Notes: generated by a model from the sequence alone, not told the origin. Positions 26,055 to 40,145 are shown, counted from the whole stretch's first letter. The stretch is DNA of 63,163 nucleotides, filler included, from Phoronis australis (GCA_002633005.1; 4 parts of 4 records of this genome joined end to end with filler, not necessarily neighbours in it); one strand, 5' to 3'. Program-made: numbers and translations.

Positions 26055-28337
26055 TTTAACGTTGATCATCGTCAATACACCTCCAAAAATTGCACATCGT
26101 CTTTGCGCAAACTACACTGAGATTTAAGTCTCCCGAAAAAAGTTGAAGATCGGATAGTGTTTAAAAGTCTAATTCTAAATTTCTCCAGTTAGTGCACAAA
26201 TGAAGTAAAAGAAAGTAGTTCTGCTTGTCGCGTCGGCTGTTGGTATCATTATCTCGATTTATTACCCACAACGCGTGACTGGACAAAGCCTTTTCAATTT
26301 AGCCGGTGGAGCGTGAGACCCCTAAGGTCCCAATCGAGTCCTCACGACAACTTTGCGTTATGCATCCGATTGGTAACACGTGACTCGTTAAATGATTGAG
26401 ATTGCTGTGGAAACGTTAATACCACCGTTTCTGCTGCTGTGATTAAGTACATGTGACATATCGCGAGATCGCACGGCGGGGGTCTTTCGATACGTGAGAT
26501 AAAACGGATCTTTGTTGTAGATATGTAAAATGGTGTTAATACGTACAAACGCATCGGGGGCGGAATTCTATCGAGTTACCCGTAGTGTTCGATGGATGTG
26601 CGACGTGACTAATTCTCATCTTACCCCAGTTCCGTTGGCCGGTTTCTTGCTGTGTGTGTAAACGCAGATAGTTATTTCAAGTCAACCTTGGTCATGCACG
26701 ACATGTCCTAATGCCCTGAACCGCGTGATAATTAGTGCAATTAAAATCCACTCTAGTGCCCTCTGTAGCTTACTCTCGTGCTCCTGGTAGATTTACAACC
26801 ACCTGAGCTCGTTGTGTACGCTTACGGAGATTGCGTTTGGCCGATTTTGTCTTTACTGACTACGGTATGGCAGGACCCTCGTGAACTGTCCTGTAGCGAA
26901 TCTCTCAGAAACAACAATGGTTTATCTCTCAAAAACACCCCGTGGTTTGAGTATTAACCTTTTTGATGGAAAAAGAACTCATCGTTCGAAAGGTGCCTGA
27001 GGAGATGTCCATGATTGCTGTGAACCTCCGGCGCTAAAATGCTATCTGAGTGTGGTTCATCTCCTGAATAGCCGTAAGAGATAAGGAAAAAGAAAAAAAA
27101 AATATTCACAATTCAGTCCTGAACACTGGAAACTGTCAATCTCAAACTGGAAAACGTGTCGATCGTTTAATAGATTAGGTATCTCTGGGTTTGAGGCTAT
27201 TAATTCGTCAACAACAGGTGGAGCTCTTTAACAAGTTAGCAGCGGTAGAGCTCTTATGGTAACAGCAACATTTTACTCTTCTACTCGCGTCAGTTCTTTT
27301 TGGCGGATTTTGACGTGAGGATGTCTCGCGATCAGCTCAAGTTTAAATCACTGAGCAATGTTGAAAAATCACTTGTAATAGTTGGCCTGTCATCGAAATG
27401 AGCGTCTTTTCTCTAAGTGTAATATGAGCCAGTGAACATTCTTGATGGTCGCATTGGAAAAATGTGGACACAGGAACGTACTGTGCCAATTTAAAGCTGA
27501 CAAGTATAATTGGTTATTTTTGAATTGAGGCTATAAATTTATCACCTCTAGGGTGCACTTCCTGACTAGTTCGTGGCCAGCTGGCCATACTTCAAAATCA
27601 ACATGGATAGCAAGGAATATGAGTAAATGTGAAAGATTTGTTTTGAAGGTCTGACTTCTGTATTAAACAATAATGTCACAGCGTTCTCAAAATAATACCA
27701 ATTGTGCACGAACTTGTTTTCAGCAGTCAGAGTGTCTAATCAGGGCTTTCGGATACATGTACCTTGTCTTGGAACTCAACTTCTGTGCATGGGTGCAGCA
27801 ATACAAGTTTAGGGATTGGTTGCTGAGGAGGTATGCGGACGGGTTGTGCTTGCAGGAAGGCAAAGAATTTGACTGGCTTCAGCCACTAGGTACTCCTTGA
27901 ACCCTGTGAACGTACACGGCCGGAATCGATATCATGACGATGATCTACCGTGTTATTTAGATACATATATATAGTTTCATTATAAACGGAACACTAAAAC
28001 ATGAGCAATTAAATCCACATTCATTATTGATCCACTTCACGCTTATACTGCTGATTCTAGAGCAAACGCTCCAGTAGTTTACTTGTCAAACAACGACCAC
28101 GTGCCTTTACTTTCTTTTATTTATCTGACACAATTACAGAGAAGAAAAATTACAAGACGAATGAAAGTGAATAAAAGTACAAGGGGAAACGCAGATACAT
28201 GTAGCACAAAAACTCTGAGTCTTGTTTCCATTGTAATCCGAAAAAGAATACAATGCAAACATGAGCATAAACTGTACAAAAACAGGAACAAAGTAGGTTG
28301 GTGAAATTACTTCCCAAACAGCAAAGTCCAGCCTCCT

Positions 28338-28623
28338 GTTCAGTAACGCTGGGACCTCGCTAAAAAGCAAGACTTCGCGAGATTACGTGAGATATTGCCG
28401 TGTATTTTGAATAATAACACGTGACTTTGACTAGGTCTTAGCTAGGTCCTACCGTAGGTCCTAGCGTCAACTGAAAAGCATCCCGTTCAGTAAAGCTAGG
28501 ACCTCGCTAAAAAGCAAGACTTCGCGAGATTACGTGAGATATTGCCTTGCATTTTAAATGAGAGCACGTGACTTTGACTAGGTCTTAGCTAGATCCTACC
28601 GTATGTCCTAGCGTCAACTGAAC
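28338..28623. mobile_element. Tandem dimer (147-bp period) of a short TIR element; third copy at 50063-50199
   Basis: gttcagtaa(c/a)gct(g/a)ggacctcgctaaaaagcaagact..cctagcgtcaactgaa occurs twice; unit ends are inverted repeats. Confidence 0.8.
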
Positions 28624-30979
28624 GCACGCCAAGTATACTTGTGATAAGGTCCTGCCTCCTAACAAGCTCATTCTCAGAACAGCGGGATACCGCCTTCAGT
28701 TTACAAAACGGGCTGAGGGCGAGTGAAAACAAACTGCTTTGGTAAAAACATGTCTCAGTTGCGACACTGCCGTCGTTGTTATTCTTACTAAGATCGTTGG
28801 CTATAACACATAATCGGTTCCGAATATTTTTTGAGATGGGTCTGAGAACTACTTTAGTGACATGGACACTAAAACTCGATGATGGACATCTAGTTGTTTT
28901 CTAGATCGTTGTTAATCACGTTCAAGGATTTCTATGCGTAAACAGCGTGAAAAGTGTGTCTGTACGTACTGGAAGTGTGGTACTGAGACGAAGACAAATA
29001 ATGTTAAAACCCAGAAACGTTTGTCGTCAATCACGAAATTATCATCAGGAACGATGTCCGAAAAGACGTCGATGCAATGATATAGCGCTGCCGTGGAATT
29101 ATGTGACGGTTTGGTCCTCACCGAGCGAAGAATGAAATGGCCAAGATACACAACTTATCTGGGCTACATTCCGTAAACCCCGGCCGAGGCACTCACGAGA
29201 CTTGCGACGCAAAACTTTTTGGCTTGTCTACGAGTTTACTCTAATTGTAATCCAGTTCAACATTCAGGCCTCGTCCAACCAATCCTTTCATGACGTCGCG
29301 TTCGGGTTGTTCAAGAGATATTTTCCCAATTACGATAATGGAATTAAATTAAAACGTCGACTATGAATATTGATGTTTTTTTCTTTGCTTTGTGGTCAAA
29401 TACATTTCAAACACGAATCGCACTTTAAAGCAACATTTTGCCCGGTTTAGTGGCTAAAAAATAACAATCGAATAAGGCATTTTACTCTCATTAAATCGAT
29501 CTGGTAATATTCTTTGCCGTGATAGGATTCTAATTATTTTACCACCAAGAATATCGAAAGCATCAGAATATCAAGAAAATGCTCCGAATTTGATTAGGGT
29601 TCCCACGACAAACTAGGGCGCAAGCTCCTCGAATAGTATCGGTAGGTAGACGTACATGTATCTATTGTTCACTTTGTTTTTCTTTCTTATAATAAAGATA
29701 GCGGTAAACATTTTTCGATAACCGGCTGATGGGCGCTTAAGATACGATATCCGTGGGACCTGTTATTATATCCAACGAAGACGTAAAAAGGTAAAACAAT
29801 GTTAGCGTCCCATAGGCGATGGGCATGCGACGAGCTTACTCCCGTCGTATGGATCTCGCAAGTAAAACAATAGTTTGCGAAATCCGTACGACGTCATTTG
29901 GTATGGGTAATGGCCAACCCTAAAATTGCGAATTCCTAAATGACTGTAACTTGTGTTGATAACGGACATAGAATTCTACAACCATAAGGAGTATTGCAAA
30001 ACTGATTTTATGAGGGAAAATAAACCGGTTTCAGTTTTTAACTTGTTAAACAGTGCTAACCGTAGCTTTAAAAATGAATCTCGTGAACGAACGAACCGAA
30101 AACTGACAAGTTTTGTGACACCCATTTTCACTATGATAACAATGGGTCGTGTTTCGCCAAGCTACAGGTACATGTACATGTAATTGCGATACGTTTGCAA
30201 CCGAGATTTGGTTTATTGGAACAGAAATGGTGAGCTTTATTTATTATTCCTTATTCCTGTCCCTATGCCCAATATCTTCTATGGCAGCCAAACTTTGCTA
30301 AGGTGCGCCAATAAGGTATCCAGCAAAGACATCTACATGTAAAATAGTCTATGATCGCAAACGTTATCGAAAAGCTAGCGTAAACTTGCATGATATTAAG
30401 AACTCGCTAGAAATTAGAGTTGTGGTACTCAAATCCCAGCTTCACACTGAAACACCAAACAGTTGCAATAAAAGGTCATTTTAAAAAGCCCCTAAGGCAA
30501 CTTTACCCAGGTTTTATCAAAGGAATGATGTTTGTTGCCAATAACTATCTTCTCCGTGTTCGCACTTAATGGTCTCTAGTTGCGAGTTACAAAATTGAGT
30601 AAAGGCGTGAAATTTCGATTGAAAACACAGCATTTCGAGGTCTGACTCGAACTTACAGCGTTGATGTTGGAGTCATCGGACATGAAAGTTAACCACAATA
30701 CGAGAAAATTAATTTTGAGTGCGATTTCGAGTACAGTGATTAGGCTCCGATTTCCCAGGTGTAAAGCAACCGATTTTCACTGTAGCCCAAAAGTCACATG
30801 TACTTTGACTAAGGAGCAGATTGAAACCAATTTGACAACGGTAAATTATGTAAACAAGAAGTTGGTTACTGTGGTGAATGTCTGGTTTATAGCCGAGTGT
30901 AAATTTATCCATATTCGACTACACCAACCTTCTGCTTACGTGTAGACTCCTCTTCATGTATACAGCATATACACTATCA

Positions 30980-31122
30980 TGGGCCGTTGGGGGGGAAGTG
31001 TCGCCGGAAAAATACGAGCGTAATTATGTACATTACGCCGTTATTTACGCNTTCCTGCAATTTAAATTACGCTCGTAATTACGAGCGTAATTTTACGGCG
31101 ACACTTTCCCCTCAACGGCCCA
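30980..31122. mobile_element. Palindromic MITE
   Basis: tgggccgttgggggggaagtgtcgccg / cggcgacactttcccctcaacggccca TIRs, with internal tacgagcgtaat repeats. Confidence 0.7.
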
Positions 31123-33737
31123 CCATAATACACTGTCTCGCGACTTTCTATTCTTAAAACATGTTGCGACAGAGCAGACGGAGCAAGTTCGTTGATGAGC
31201 TTTACCACATGTACATCTAAATTGAACATGCGCACTTCCGATGTTGCCATGGATTCTTATTCATTGATATCAACAGTGAAATTCCATGTCACAAAGGTTT
31301 CACTTGGCTTAAGCTGATGAGATTATATTAAGTGTAACCTTCAATATCTTAATGATCGTCAAAGAGTTCGTTGTTGTATCGATGTAAAATCAATTTGAGT
31401 ATTTAGAAGAAAGTGGAATACACGTCTTTAGTTCTAATCTGATCGTCAGTACAAAGGTTTTCTGAGGAGAAATTTGGGTGCGGCTAAATGTGCATGTCTG
31501 CTCGCTAAATGCTCTCCAGTCGTGGAAGTACAATACACCGCTTGGGCACCATGCAATATTCCTATCCGATTTGAGCAACATGTCCGACTTGTTCAAGGAA
31601 ATCATTTCCTAAGCCATGTTAATCGGAAATTGCAGCAAATTTCCCAGGTGTTTTGTAAATGAATTTATGAAAAGTACAAAACGGGATCCAAGTTAATAGC
31701 AAAATTAGAGTAAATTCACTCAAAAGCCTCATTTTGTTGATAAGTTTTGTTATGTATCTTGGTCGTCTTTTTCCCTTTTTTTGTTGCGCTGCCAACGACC
31801 GTCAAAGATACAAAGAGCGCGGGTGAATATCGTAGAATTATTAATCGTGAAAATTGTTTAGTGTTCAAACAATTTCTTTTCCACTCTTGCTGTTGCTGAC
31901 AATCAGTATCCTGTTCTAAAACACCTCAGTGAACAAACTAATCTCAAAGAGCGACACTTCCTCCTTAAACGTTTAACGAAACTAAATTATTAACTCACTT
32001 GTCACTCAAATCAGATACATTTCCGATGCAGCGGCCAGGCAAAGTAATATATTTTCTCGCTAGATGGCGATAGGGGACTTGGTGGACAACTCGCAGTGTC
32101 ACCTGCAATTACTGATCTACGTTGATTCAGAGCTCTTGGGGTTTCTGCAATAAAATATGGTCAGATAACAACCGTTGTACAAAGGGGTAGTAATAAAGTT
32201 ATTCGCGCCAAGAAGTCCAACATTGCAAAATGCCTGTGAATAGCCTGATTCAAAGGAGCTGATAATATCCATCCCATAGTTACTGACGAAGTGTCTCAAC
32301 CATTCACTAGGACACTTAGGGGTTGGGATTTGGTATCGGATTAAGTTTGTGGCCAGGGACTGCCTAGTGACCACCAAAAACATACGAACATAATGAAGAA
32401 GCTCAGGTTGCGCATATTTCATTGAATTTCTAAACAAAGGCGTCTCATGATGCAAAACAACAGTGGCTCAGGTTAGTACCTTATCCACTCTTGAAAACCA
32501 ATTACACGTGTGTTTAAGTGCTATAGCTAGGTTGTACTGAATACACGTTAAATCTGGTCGCTGCGCCATGTGTTCTCCTTTCACTAACATTCCAGCTGTG
32601 GCCCTTTAACTATGCCTGCAGCCCCGGGGCAAGAGACACAAAACCCGCGCTACAAATGTCTCGACCTGCATCTCTAACCAACACGCCCACGCAGGACGAT
32701 CATTCCAGCTCCCGAGAACCCGCAGACTCTTATGGCTTGCAACTCCAGATGCGGACTGGAGGTGTGGCCCGGCCTAGAATCGGGTCCCGGGACTGGAGGT
32801 ATTGTTTACACTCCTTGTTTCGTAGGATATTAAATATTGAGTGTGGACTTAGTGTTTGGTAAGGTCAGTGCGCTAAGACACTTCCATGGCACGTTCATAC
32901 GTTCATTTTCAAATCAAAATTGTTCAATGCATTTTCTTTTGATAACACTTTAGTCACGTTGCCCACTTTGACCCCCTACACTGGCATATCCTTCGAGTTC
33001 ACCCCCACTTGTGTGGTGTACAATGCGAGAGCTGCACAGGTACGGCGTGACAATATTTTTCATTATAATTTATTCTTTTCAATTCCGCAGGTTCTAAAAA
33101 GAAAGTTCAAAGCAAGTAATTACATGCCCTGATTTTGTTAAATTGGGTTCGTGGTATATCAACACCGTTACTTTGGTTAATTTTTTATCAAAGGTGAAGT
33201 AATAAACAAGCTAAAGCAGATGTGAACAGTATCGGTTATTTGAACTAGCCATTTATTATCTTCAGTGAATTTAATAGGCTATACACTAGAAACAAGATGA
33301 GTCTGTTGTTTTTGATGGCTGGCAAAAAATCTTAAGTAGACAATAACACGGCTAGGTATCACGGAATGCACTTAGGAAAATTAATTTTTAACACGTTTTG
33401 TTTTTCCATTTAAGTGTTTGCATTTTTTATTGTTCACATGACCTTATCTAGTTTTCTAGGGTTTATGTTTGTCACATGGTGATTCATGACTTTTTTCAGA
33501 GTGAAAAAACACCTGATTTTTCATGCAAATTGTCAAGTGCGAGCCAGTTGTTAAGCGATACTCAGTTGATCGAAACGGGCTACTTTGCAGTCAAATGAAA
33601 ATAAATGCATTAAATGTATTTTACATGAACAAACGATTTCCAGTGAGTAGGCAAATACGCCAATTTTGAAATCCCAGTAATGACGTCAATTACTTAGCTC
33701 CTAGGGATTCCACGGCAGAATACCTGTAACGATTTAC

Positions 33738-33887
33738 CAGTGGCGGATTTAGAGGAGGGCCAAGGGGGCCATGCCCCCTAAAATTCTCTGATTGATTTAG
33801 GTAATTCGGGGTGTAAATGTTTGACGTGCAAAATCCTGGCTAATACTATGCCCCGATCCCCAACTCAAAATTCTGGATGCCCCCCTG
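33738..33887. mobile_element. hAT5-like MITE (short variant, opposite orientation)
   Basis: cagtggcggattt..ggatgcccccctg; homologous to 62116-62248; TSD not preserved. Confidence 0.65.
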
Positions 33888-34315
33888 GTCAAGGTTTTGC
33901 AGCACTAGCTGGAGCATAGAACAGATATTGCGTACGTAGTACGTTTTGTCTGAGTAGACTTGAGTACGTGAGGCCGAAAGTAATAAAGTGATTAACTCGA
34001 ACCAGTCTTCAGTTTATCGTCGCACCGAAAGCTACACCGGTCAGCGATAACCTGTGTCCGCCCATCCACGGAGCAAACCGCGACATGTTCATTATAAAAT
34101 TTGCAAACAGATGAGTGCCGACTAAGTACGTGTTATGAATAAAACGGATAAAAAGACGAATACAGACGGCACACCCATAATGGAACCGCAATCTCTTATA
34201 TTTTTCTTTTCATTAGTTTATTCATATCATGATTACAGTGCAATAAACGCAAGTTTTTCATAAGCTCATCCATTCACACATTCCGATGAGAAAACCAGCA
34301 ACTTTCCTATTTTAA

Positions 34316-35390
34316 GAGTGCAGTGCAATTCAGACCAGAAAAAGGCCATAAATGGGTGATACACCCTATGTCACGGATTTGGATCATAATATGCGCTGCA
34401 GTTTACTGTCTTATGTTATATTACTAACATGTAGTTTCAACAATTCCTACTCTGATAAGTTGCTTAAAAGTCCGTCACAATAGTCAAATTTTTCCATGAC
34501 ATCCCATTTTTGTGGTATTGTAAAGATATAGAAGCTGTTGGACAGTGAAATAGTTTGTGTTTTGGATTAACTCATCCATGGTCTCAGTAATAATAAGATA
34601 TAGAAATTGGAATTGCCGAAAATCTATCAGAATAACAGGATCAAAGAAGCAAAAACACAGAAAACTTACCCAATTTGAGCGTGCGAATCTCAGCTGAAGC
34701 GTAATTTTAGACTCTGAAACTTATTTGTAAGTTTGACCGGTCTTAGTAGAATAGATACTTTTATGATCGACATATTTCCCTAAAGCTACATGTACCGACG
34801 AACTTATGTATACATACAGCAATGAGCCAATGTTTACAGGCACCTCAGACAAAGGGAACACTTGCAGCAGGCACAACTTATCAATGAAAATCCTCAGTCT
34901 TGATACACTGTATCTAAAGTACTCAAAATTGTTTTTCAAAAATTTAGTTCATTTCATAGTACATAGAATGCAGTTCAAGTACCACTGATGTCACCAAATG
35001 AAAAATGGCTGCCGAGGAAGATGAAGCAGTCAGTGTTCACTGGGGTCTTTATGTTAATCTGGTTAGTGGGACTTCAATGGAATACCCAAACCAGCAAGCA
35101 GTTGAAACATTAGCTAAATCTAATAAGTCGATTACAGATCTTCTGAAACACGTTAAATCAGGCCTCGTCCCGTTCACTGCAGACGGAGAGAGAGCTGAAT
35201 TTTGCCAGAGTGGGATTGCTTACCTTCGTTTGCTCTCGGAATTGGCTGTTTGTGGAAAACATCCGGGTCAGTTTGGAATCAGTTGGAGACCAAGCTCACG
35301 TGTGCCGCAATTATAGATTTTGAGTTCGGGGTGTCAGAGTTAATTTCCCAAAGAATTGCTAGTCGAGGAACAGAATGTATTGTTTGAGCT
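34316..35390 (+). mobile_element. 5' fragment of a Sola3-like element with transposase N-terminus
   Basis: TTAA|gagtgcagtgcaattcagaccag resembles the 20824 terminus. ORF 35005-35316 contains VCGKHPGQFGISWRP, paralleling the CPNHR..LEIY motif of the 5600 remnant. Confidence 0.55.
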
Positions 35391-37679
35391 TGGCAGCTCG
35401 GGCGTGCGAATGTCTTCCCTGCCCTCCCCCCCAATTCAAAATCCTGGATCCGCCCCTGTCTACCAAATTTGATTTGCGATCAAGGCCATGAGCTGAGATC
35501 TATGATACCGAATTGTGAACAATGTCAAAGGGTAGAATTCGCACATTGGTAATTCTACAAACATCCCTGGTCGTTAAAATCGTAGGCTTATTAATCCTTG
35601 GTCGTAGGTGGTCGCGCTAACCAAGCATGAAACCTACATGTGAGACTGGGCAGCAGACGAGACTGCACTGTCACTGACGTCAAGCATGAACTGTTCAGCT
35701 TCACTTTATGTCTTTAGCTTATTTAACATGGCCCAAAATGTCATTTAACAATACACAGAAAATTAAATCGATAATTTAGCCAATTGCACAGACATCAGGC
35801 GGATATAAAGTAGGGTCTGCCTCTAAATTCTTTGTACTACCATTCAATCAATTTAAGCGACGAGACCGTGGAATTGTGCGGCAGCCAATGAAACAACCTC
35901 ACGAGATCAGTTCAGCGCCATAAGTTCTATCCTTGCCCGTTAACAATCAATTACTGAAAATGACAGCTTAGTTGTTGTGATTTATTGAAATTTATGTTGT
36001 TAATTACGTTATATGTTATGTAACGTAAGTGATGATACATATAACTGTGGGTTATTATATCGAGATACGTGATATGTAAGCCGATTTAAACGATAGCGCC
36101 CACATATAAATAATGTGGTGCATTATGCCGTCATATCTCTCTGTCAGTCTACTCGTCCGTCCGGCGTCCGCTGCTGTATCTCCAAAATAATTATACAGAA
36201 ATGTTTCTATTATGGATGGGACGGAATGAGTGATTTTTCGTACCGGGATCCGGCTACCGGTGTGTCCCCTTGTGGCCACTTTAGTTTTTTTACGTTTTCC
36301 TCTGTACGCCTATCATAGGTGTTCCTTAACAGATTTTCGTGAAATTTGGCAAATAGCTATCTATCGGGAAAAAACGCTACTTTCACGTTTTCGAATGGAT
36401 ATGACGTACTTTGCGCCACCTAGTGGTCATTTTTACTGTTCTTACCGTCCGCCCCTCTATAGGCCAAACCACTGTGATTATGAAAACTGACATATGTGTT
36501 CCAAGTGGGAAGAGAACGGCTGACGATGATATTCGGAAGGCTCCGCTACACTGGCTCCTTCTAATGTCGATTTTGATTTTTTTTGCCTCCATGTTGGCTG
36601 TGTCTACTAAACCCTCTTCAGGGTCTTTGTTAGATTTGGCAAGTGTATTAATATTGAAGTGACAAAAGGTTACGACGACTTTTGGACATCCCGAACTACT
36701 TCTGTGCCTCCTAATGACATATTTTTCCGTTTCCCTTTGTATCTTTGGAGTTCCTAGACGCATTCTTATGAAAATGCTGAGATTTCTATTAAAAGGTGAT
36801 AAACTATTTCCGATTTCAGATGGATTTGACGAAGTACACGCCACCTAATGGCGGGTTTTATTATTTTTGGCGTCCACATCTTAGATCCTTGAAGGATTTT
36901 TTGAAATTTTGCAAATAAGTTTCTATTAATGAGGCCATGACATCTTTTAGTTTTCAGATCGATTTTACATTGTGCAGGCCTCCAATTAGCAGCTTTTAAT
37001 TATGTTTTTGCGTCCACCTCGCTATCGGCCAAACCACTCTAAGAATCGTTAAAGAAATTGGTAGGCCTAAATGTGTTCCTACTCGGAATAGCACGGTTTA
37101 CGATTGACTACTGTGGAGCCCCCTTGTGGCAGTTTGCCTTTTTCACACCTACCGGTATTTCCCCCTGCAGGACCTTTGGGAAAATTTGGAAACTGCATAT
37201 CTTTGTAGGTGTCAACAGATGACGGCGTTTGGACGTATATGACTACCTCTTTGCCCGGTCTTAACAGGTCTGTGTTGAGAGCATTACTGACTTGCTATGC
37301 GCCCCCTACAGCCTTTTTATGTTACTGTACTAGCATTGCTTCATTTAGTGGAAATGTTTAAAATAGTAATATTCCCTTGTTTCTTCGCTATATTTGAAAA
37401 ACAATAACATTAGTAGTATAACATATATTCAAAGCTGGAAATAGCACTGCTGTTACAGTCATTAAGGCAGGTACTGTAGATCTATTTTCCATTGGTTTCG
37501 TCACTAGCAAGCAAGGTGTACGTACACTGCCTCTGGAATGCCAACTTTGAAGCCAATTACGCTTCGTTGGAACTAGAGTAAGTTATGCACAACCGCCAGA
37601 TGCTACATATACACTGTTTGGACCCACAAGCTACATGTGCACGTATGGGGAACTGCAAGCCATTCTGGTCAAATAGTAA

Positions 37680-37744
37680 TCACTTAACACTGAACTCGGT
37701 TTCGTTCCATTGACAGATATTAACAGAGATTCGCCCATCCAGCT
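37680..37744 (-). CDS. ZP-domain protein, candidate last exon (EHP-like, stop)
   Basis: ttttgtttcatag|AG (phase 1) encodes ELDGRISVNICQWNETEFSVK*; GRISVNI resembles an external hydrophobic patch. Confidence 0.45.
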
Positions 37745-38013
37745 CTATGAAACAAAATGCCCTGTTGCCCTCGTTGATCGTCAAACGTTTGGAGCAAATG
37801 TAGACATTTCTACAAAGCCTGCTAAACGGGCAAGGGTGGCCTACGTGTCCGCTTTTGCACAACCTTTCTGAGGAACGACTATCCACCAAGAACCTAAATA
37901 TTCAATCCGCCGGGACTCAGTAATTAAGAGATTTTAGTTGAATCCTGGTTTTATCACTTAAGTGAGACTCCAACGAGGCATTAGCGGGAGACAGAACGAG
38001 CATGAGGGCTTAC

Positions 38014-38046
38014 CTGCAGTGATCTTTTCGTTACCGGAAAGAATGG
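38014..38046 (-). CDS. ZP-domain protein, candidate 33-nt exon
   Basis: T-rich AG-free tract then cttag|..G|gtaagc; phase 1-1, SILSGNEKITA. Confidence 0.5.
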
Positions 38047-38947
38047 CTAAGCATTCATTTGATTCAAAATTGAAATGTAAAGAAACAAAATGTCTCAATA
38101 AAATGCAACCAATTTGCTGAGCTCATCCGGACATCCCTCGTAACTTAATTTGCAACTATGTAAACAGGTTCTCGTACTTGTCCAGAACCCCGTATTTCCT
38201 GTAAAGTTGTTTGCCTCAAGATGATATCGTCTTAAATGCACCTTATTGCAATGCATTTCATTTTGCCAAAAGCTTCAAATAATGAATTTCAAAGCGAATT
38301 CATTTATTTAAAAAATGTTTCCCAAACGTTGGTCTTTCAATAAGACTTCATTTTCTCTGAAATAAACAAAATTAAATGTGTAGTTGAATTCTTAAATTTC
38401 TAGTTACGAGTACAACCAGATTGCTTTATTTTAGTAACAAGAAAATGTCGATAATGACTTGTGTCGGTATTTTGCCTCAATAGTGTTTCGTGTTTGGTAT
38501 CATTTCGTGTGACATCCGGTATTACGTTCAAAAACAAGCGTACGAGATCTTGTAATTACCATAATCACCAGCTAGGATGAAACTGCAATTAGTAAAACAA
38601 ATGAGTCTTTTTGTTTGGAAAGACATAACATGTTGGTAGCACGTGCTATCGCAAGACTCCCGCATATTTAAGAAGGCAAATTAGAGCAATGTTTCACGAC
38701 ATCTGTTCGCTAAAGTAAAACAAGGCTGTGCAGTGAATGAGCTCAAAATATTATTCTTCACACGTGTTTACATTTTAAGACGTCTCTTCTTTCGTTCAGC
38801 GATTGAACTTTGTAACCAGTTTAAAGCTAGTGAACGTACATGGTCAGTGTACCACGTCTGACAGGTCAATTAATATGCTCTGTTGTACAAGAACATATAC
38901 ATGAAGCTGGCTCTATAGACGTGCGCAGGATACGCATGTGAGCCTAT

Positions 38948-39047
38948 NNNNNNNNNNNNNNNNNNNNNNNNNNNNNNNNNNNNNNNNNNNNTTAATTAAT
39001 TAANNNNNNNNNNNNNNNNNNNNNNNNNNNNNNNNNNNNNNNNNNNN
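38948..39047. other. Synthetic scaffold linker gap
   Basis: 44N-TTAATTAATTAA-44N. Confidence 0.95.
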
Positions 39048-39065
39048 GCTGAAGTTGACATTTTG

Positions 39066-39256
39066 TCCGTTGACCGTGTTTGGCGGTCCGTTAACCGTGT
39101 TTCCTCGTGAATATGAGTCCGTGTCCCGTGTATTTGGGTGCGTGGATCGTGTTTTGTGAGTCCGTTCCCGTGTTTGTGAGTCAGTGGACGGTGTTTGCCG
39201 GTCCGTGAGTCGTGTTCATGCGTCCGTTCCCGTGTTTTTGAGTCCGTTGACCGTGT
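39066..39256. repeat. Degenerate 20-21-bp minisatellite
   Basis: About nine gtccgttgaccgtgttt..-like units abutting the gap. Confidence 0.8.
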
Positions 39257-39379
39257 AGTTTAGGTACCTTGTAAGACGACTATGCATCGACACGCAAAGT
39301 GGTATCAGCCTGATAACCTATTACGCAACTGCTACTGTAGCCTGAAAATAGCAGCCGACCAGCTGGTCGGCTGATGGCC

Positions 39380-39447
39380 GGTCGGCTGAAGGGTCGGCTG
39401 AAGGGTCGGCTGAAGGGTCGGCTGAAGGGTCGGCTGAAGGGTCGGCT
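39380..39447. repeat. 12-bp tandem repeat (ggtcggctgaag) x5.7 inside a ccgacc/ggtcgg-rich element
   Basis: Directly visible; it is the source of the ADPS repeat ORF. Confidence 0.9.
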
Positions 39448-39861
39448 AGGGAGTCGCCATATGAGTCGGCACTGCGGGCGGCTACCGGTCGGCTAATTTT
39501 TAGCCGGCCGGTCGTCGGCCAGACGTCGACCAATTTCCGACCGGTCGGACAAAAATTCGTGATGTGTGCTGTATCTACTGCGCTCGGGAATTTTAGTTTT
39601 TATTCTTAGAATTTGCAACAGCCCTTCAAGAAATCTGACTCAGAGCAGATTTTTGATCGGGGTCAACATTTTTCTAATTTTAAATGTTTAATTATTTGCA
39701 TATTCATTATTGTGGAGCCCCCTTACATTAATTTAACAGTGCGTGCTTCCATTAAGTTGGTTGTCAGGCAGGAGATCTTTAGGGAATGAATACAAACATA
39801 GAGGTCTTTGCAACATGAATGGTTGCAGCTTGGGTACGCTATGCCGATCAGCTTCACTCAC

Positions 39862-39926
39862 ACTCGTATGAAGTGCGTCTGAGTCGCGCCATCCAGGCAG
39901 GGTTAGGATGAGTATTTAAGCTTAGA
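39862..39926 (-). CDS. ZP-domain protein exon carrying the consensus cleavage site RLRR
   Basis: ttttag|T..GAG T|gtgagt, phase 2-1; LSLNTHPNPAWMARLRRTSYE. Confidence 0.55.
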
Positions 39927-40145
39927 CTAAAATATTTTCATTGGGCAGCACGCTTTCACTGTTTACAAGCACATGGACGAGAATGTGAACATCATTCGCT
40001 CAACAGTCTCTAGTGAAGTTCTCGACACATCAAAAACTTGATGGCGCCATCACAGACTTAAGTGAGCAAGTGGCTAATATTGGCTTGGGCGAACGTGTAG
40101 TGGACGAGATAATTGCTGTTGTAACAACGCGGGTGCTAAGCGTAC

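Noticed and set aside
36230-37320. Repeat-like region with gcgccacctagtgg motifs (related bits near 10290 and 43630)
   Set aside because: Probably an old non-autonomous element, but termini and family could not be defined.
20043-39003. Recurrent TTAATTAATTAA motif (three times)
   Set aside because: It is always centred in a 100-nt N spacer, so it is an artificial six-frame-stop linker rather than biology.
39321-39533. ADPS-repeat ORF
   Set aside because: Translation of a 12-bp tandem repeat within a probable MITE.
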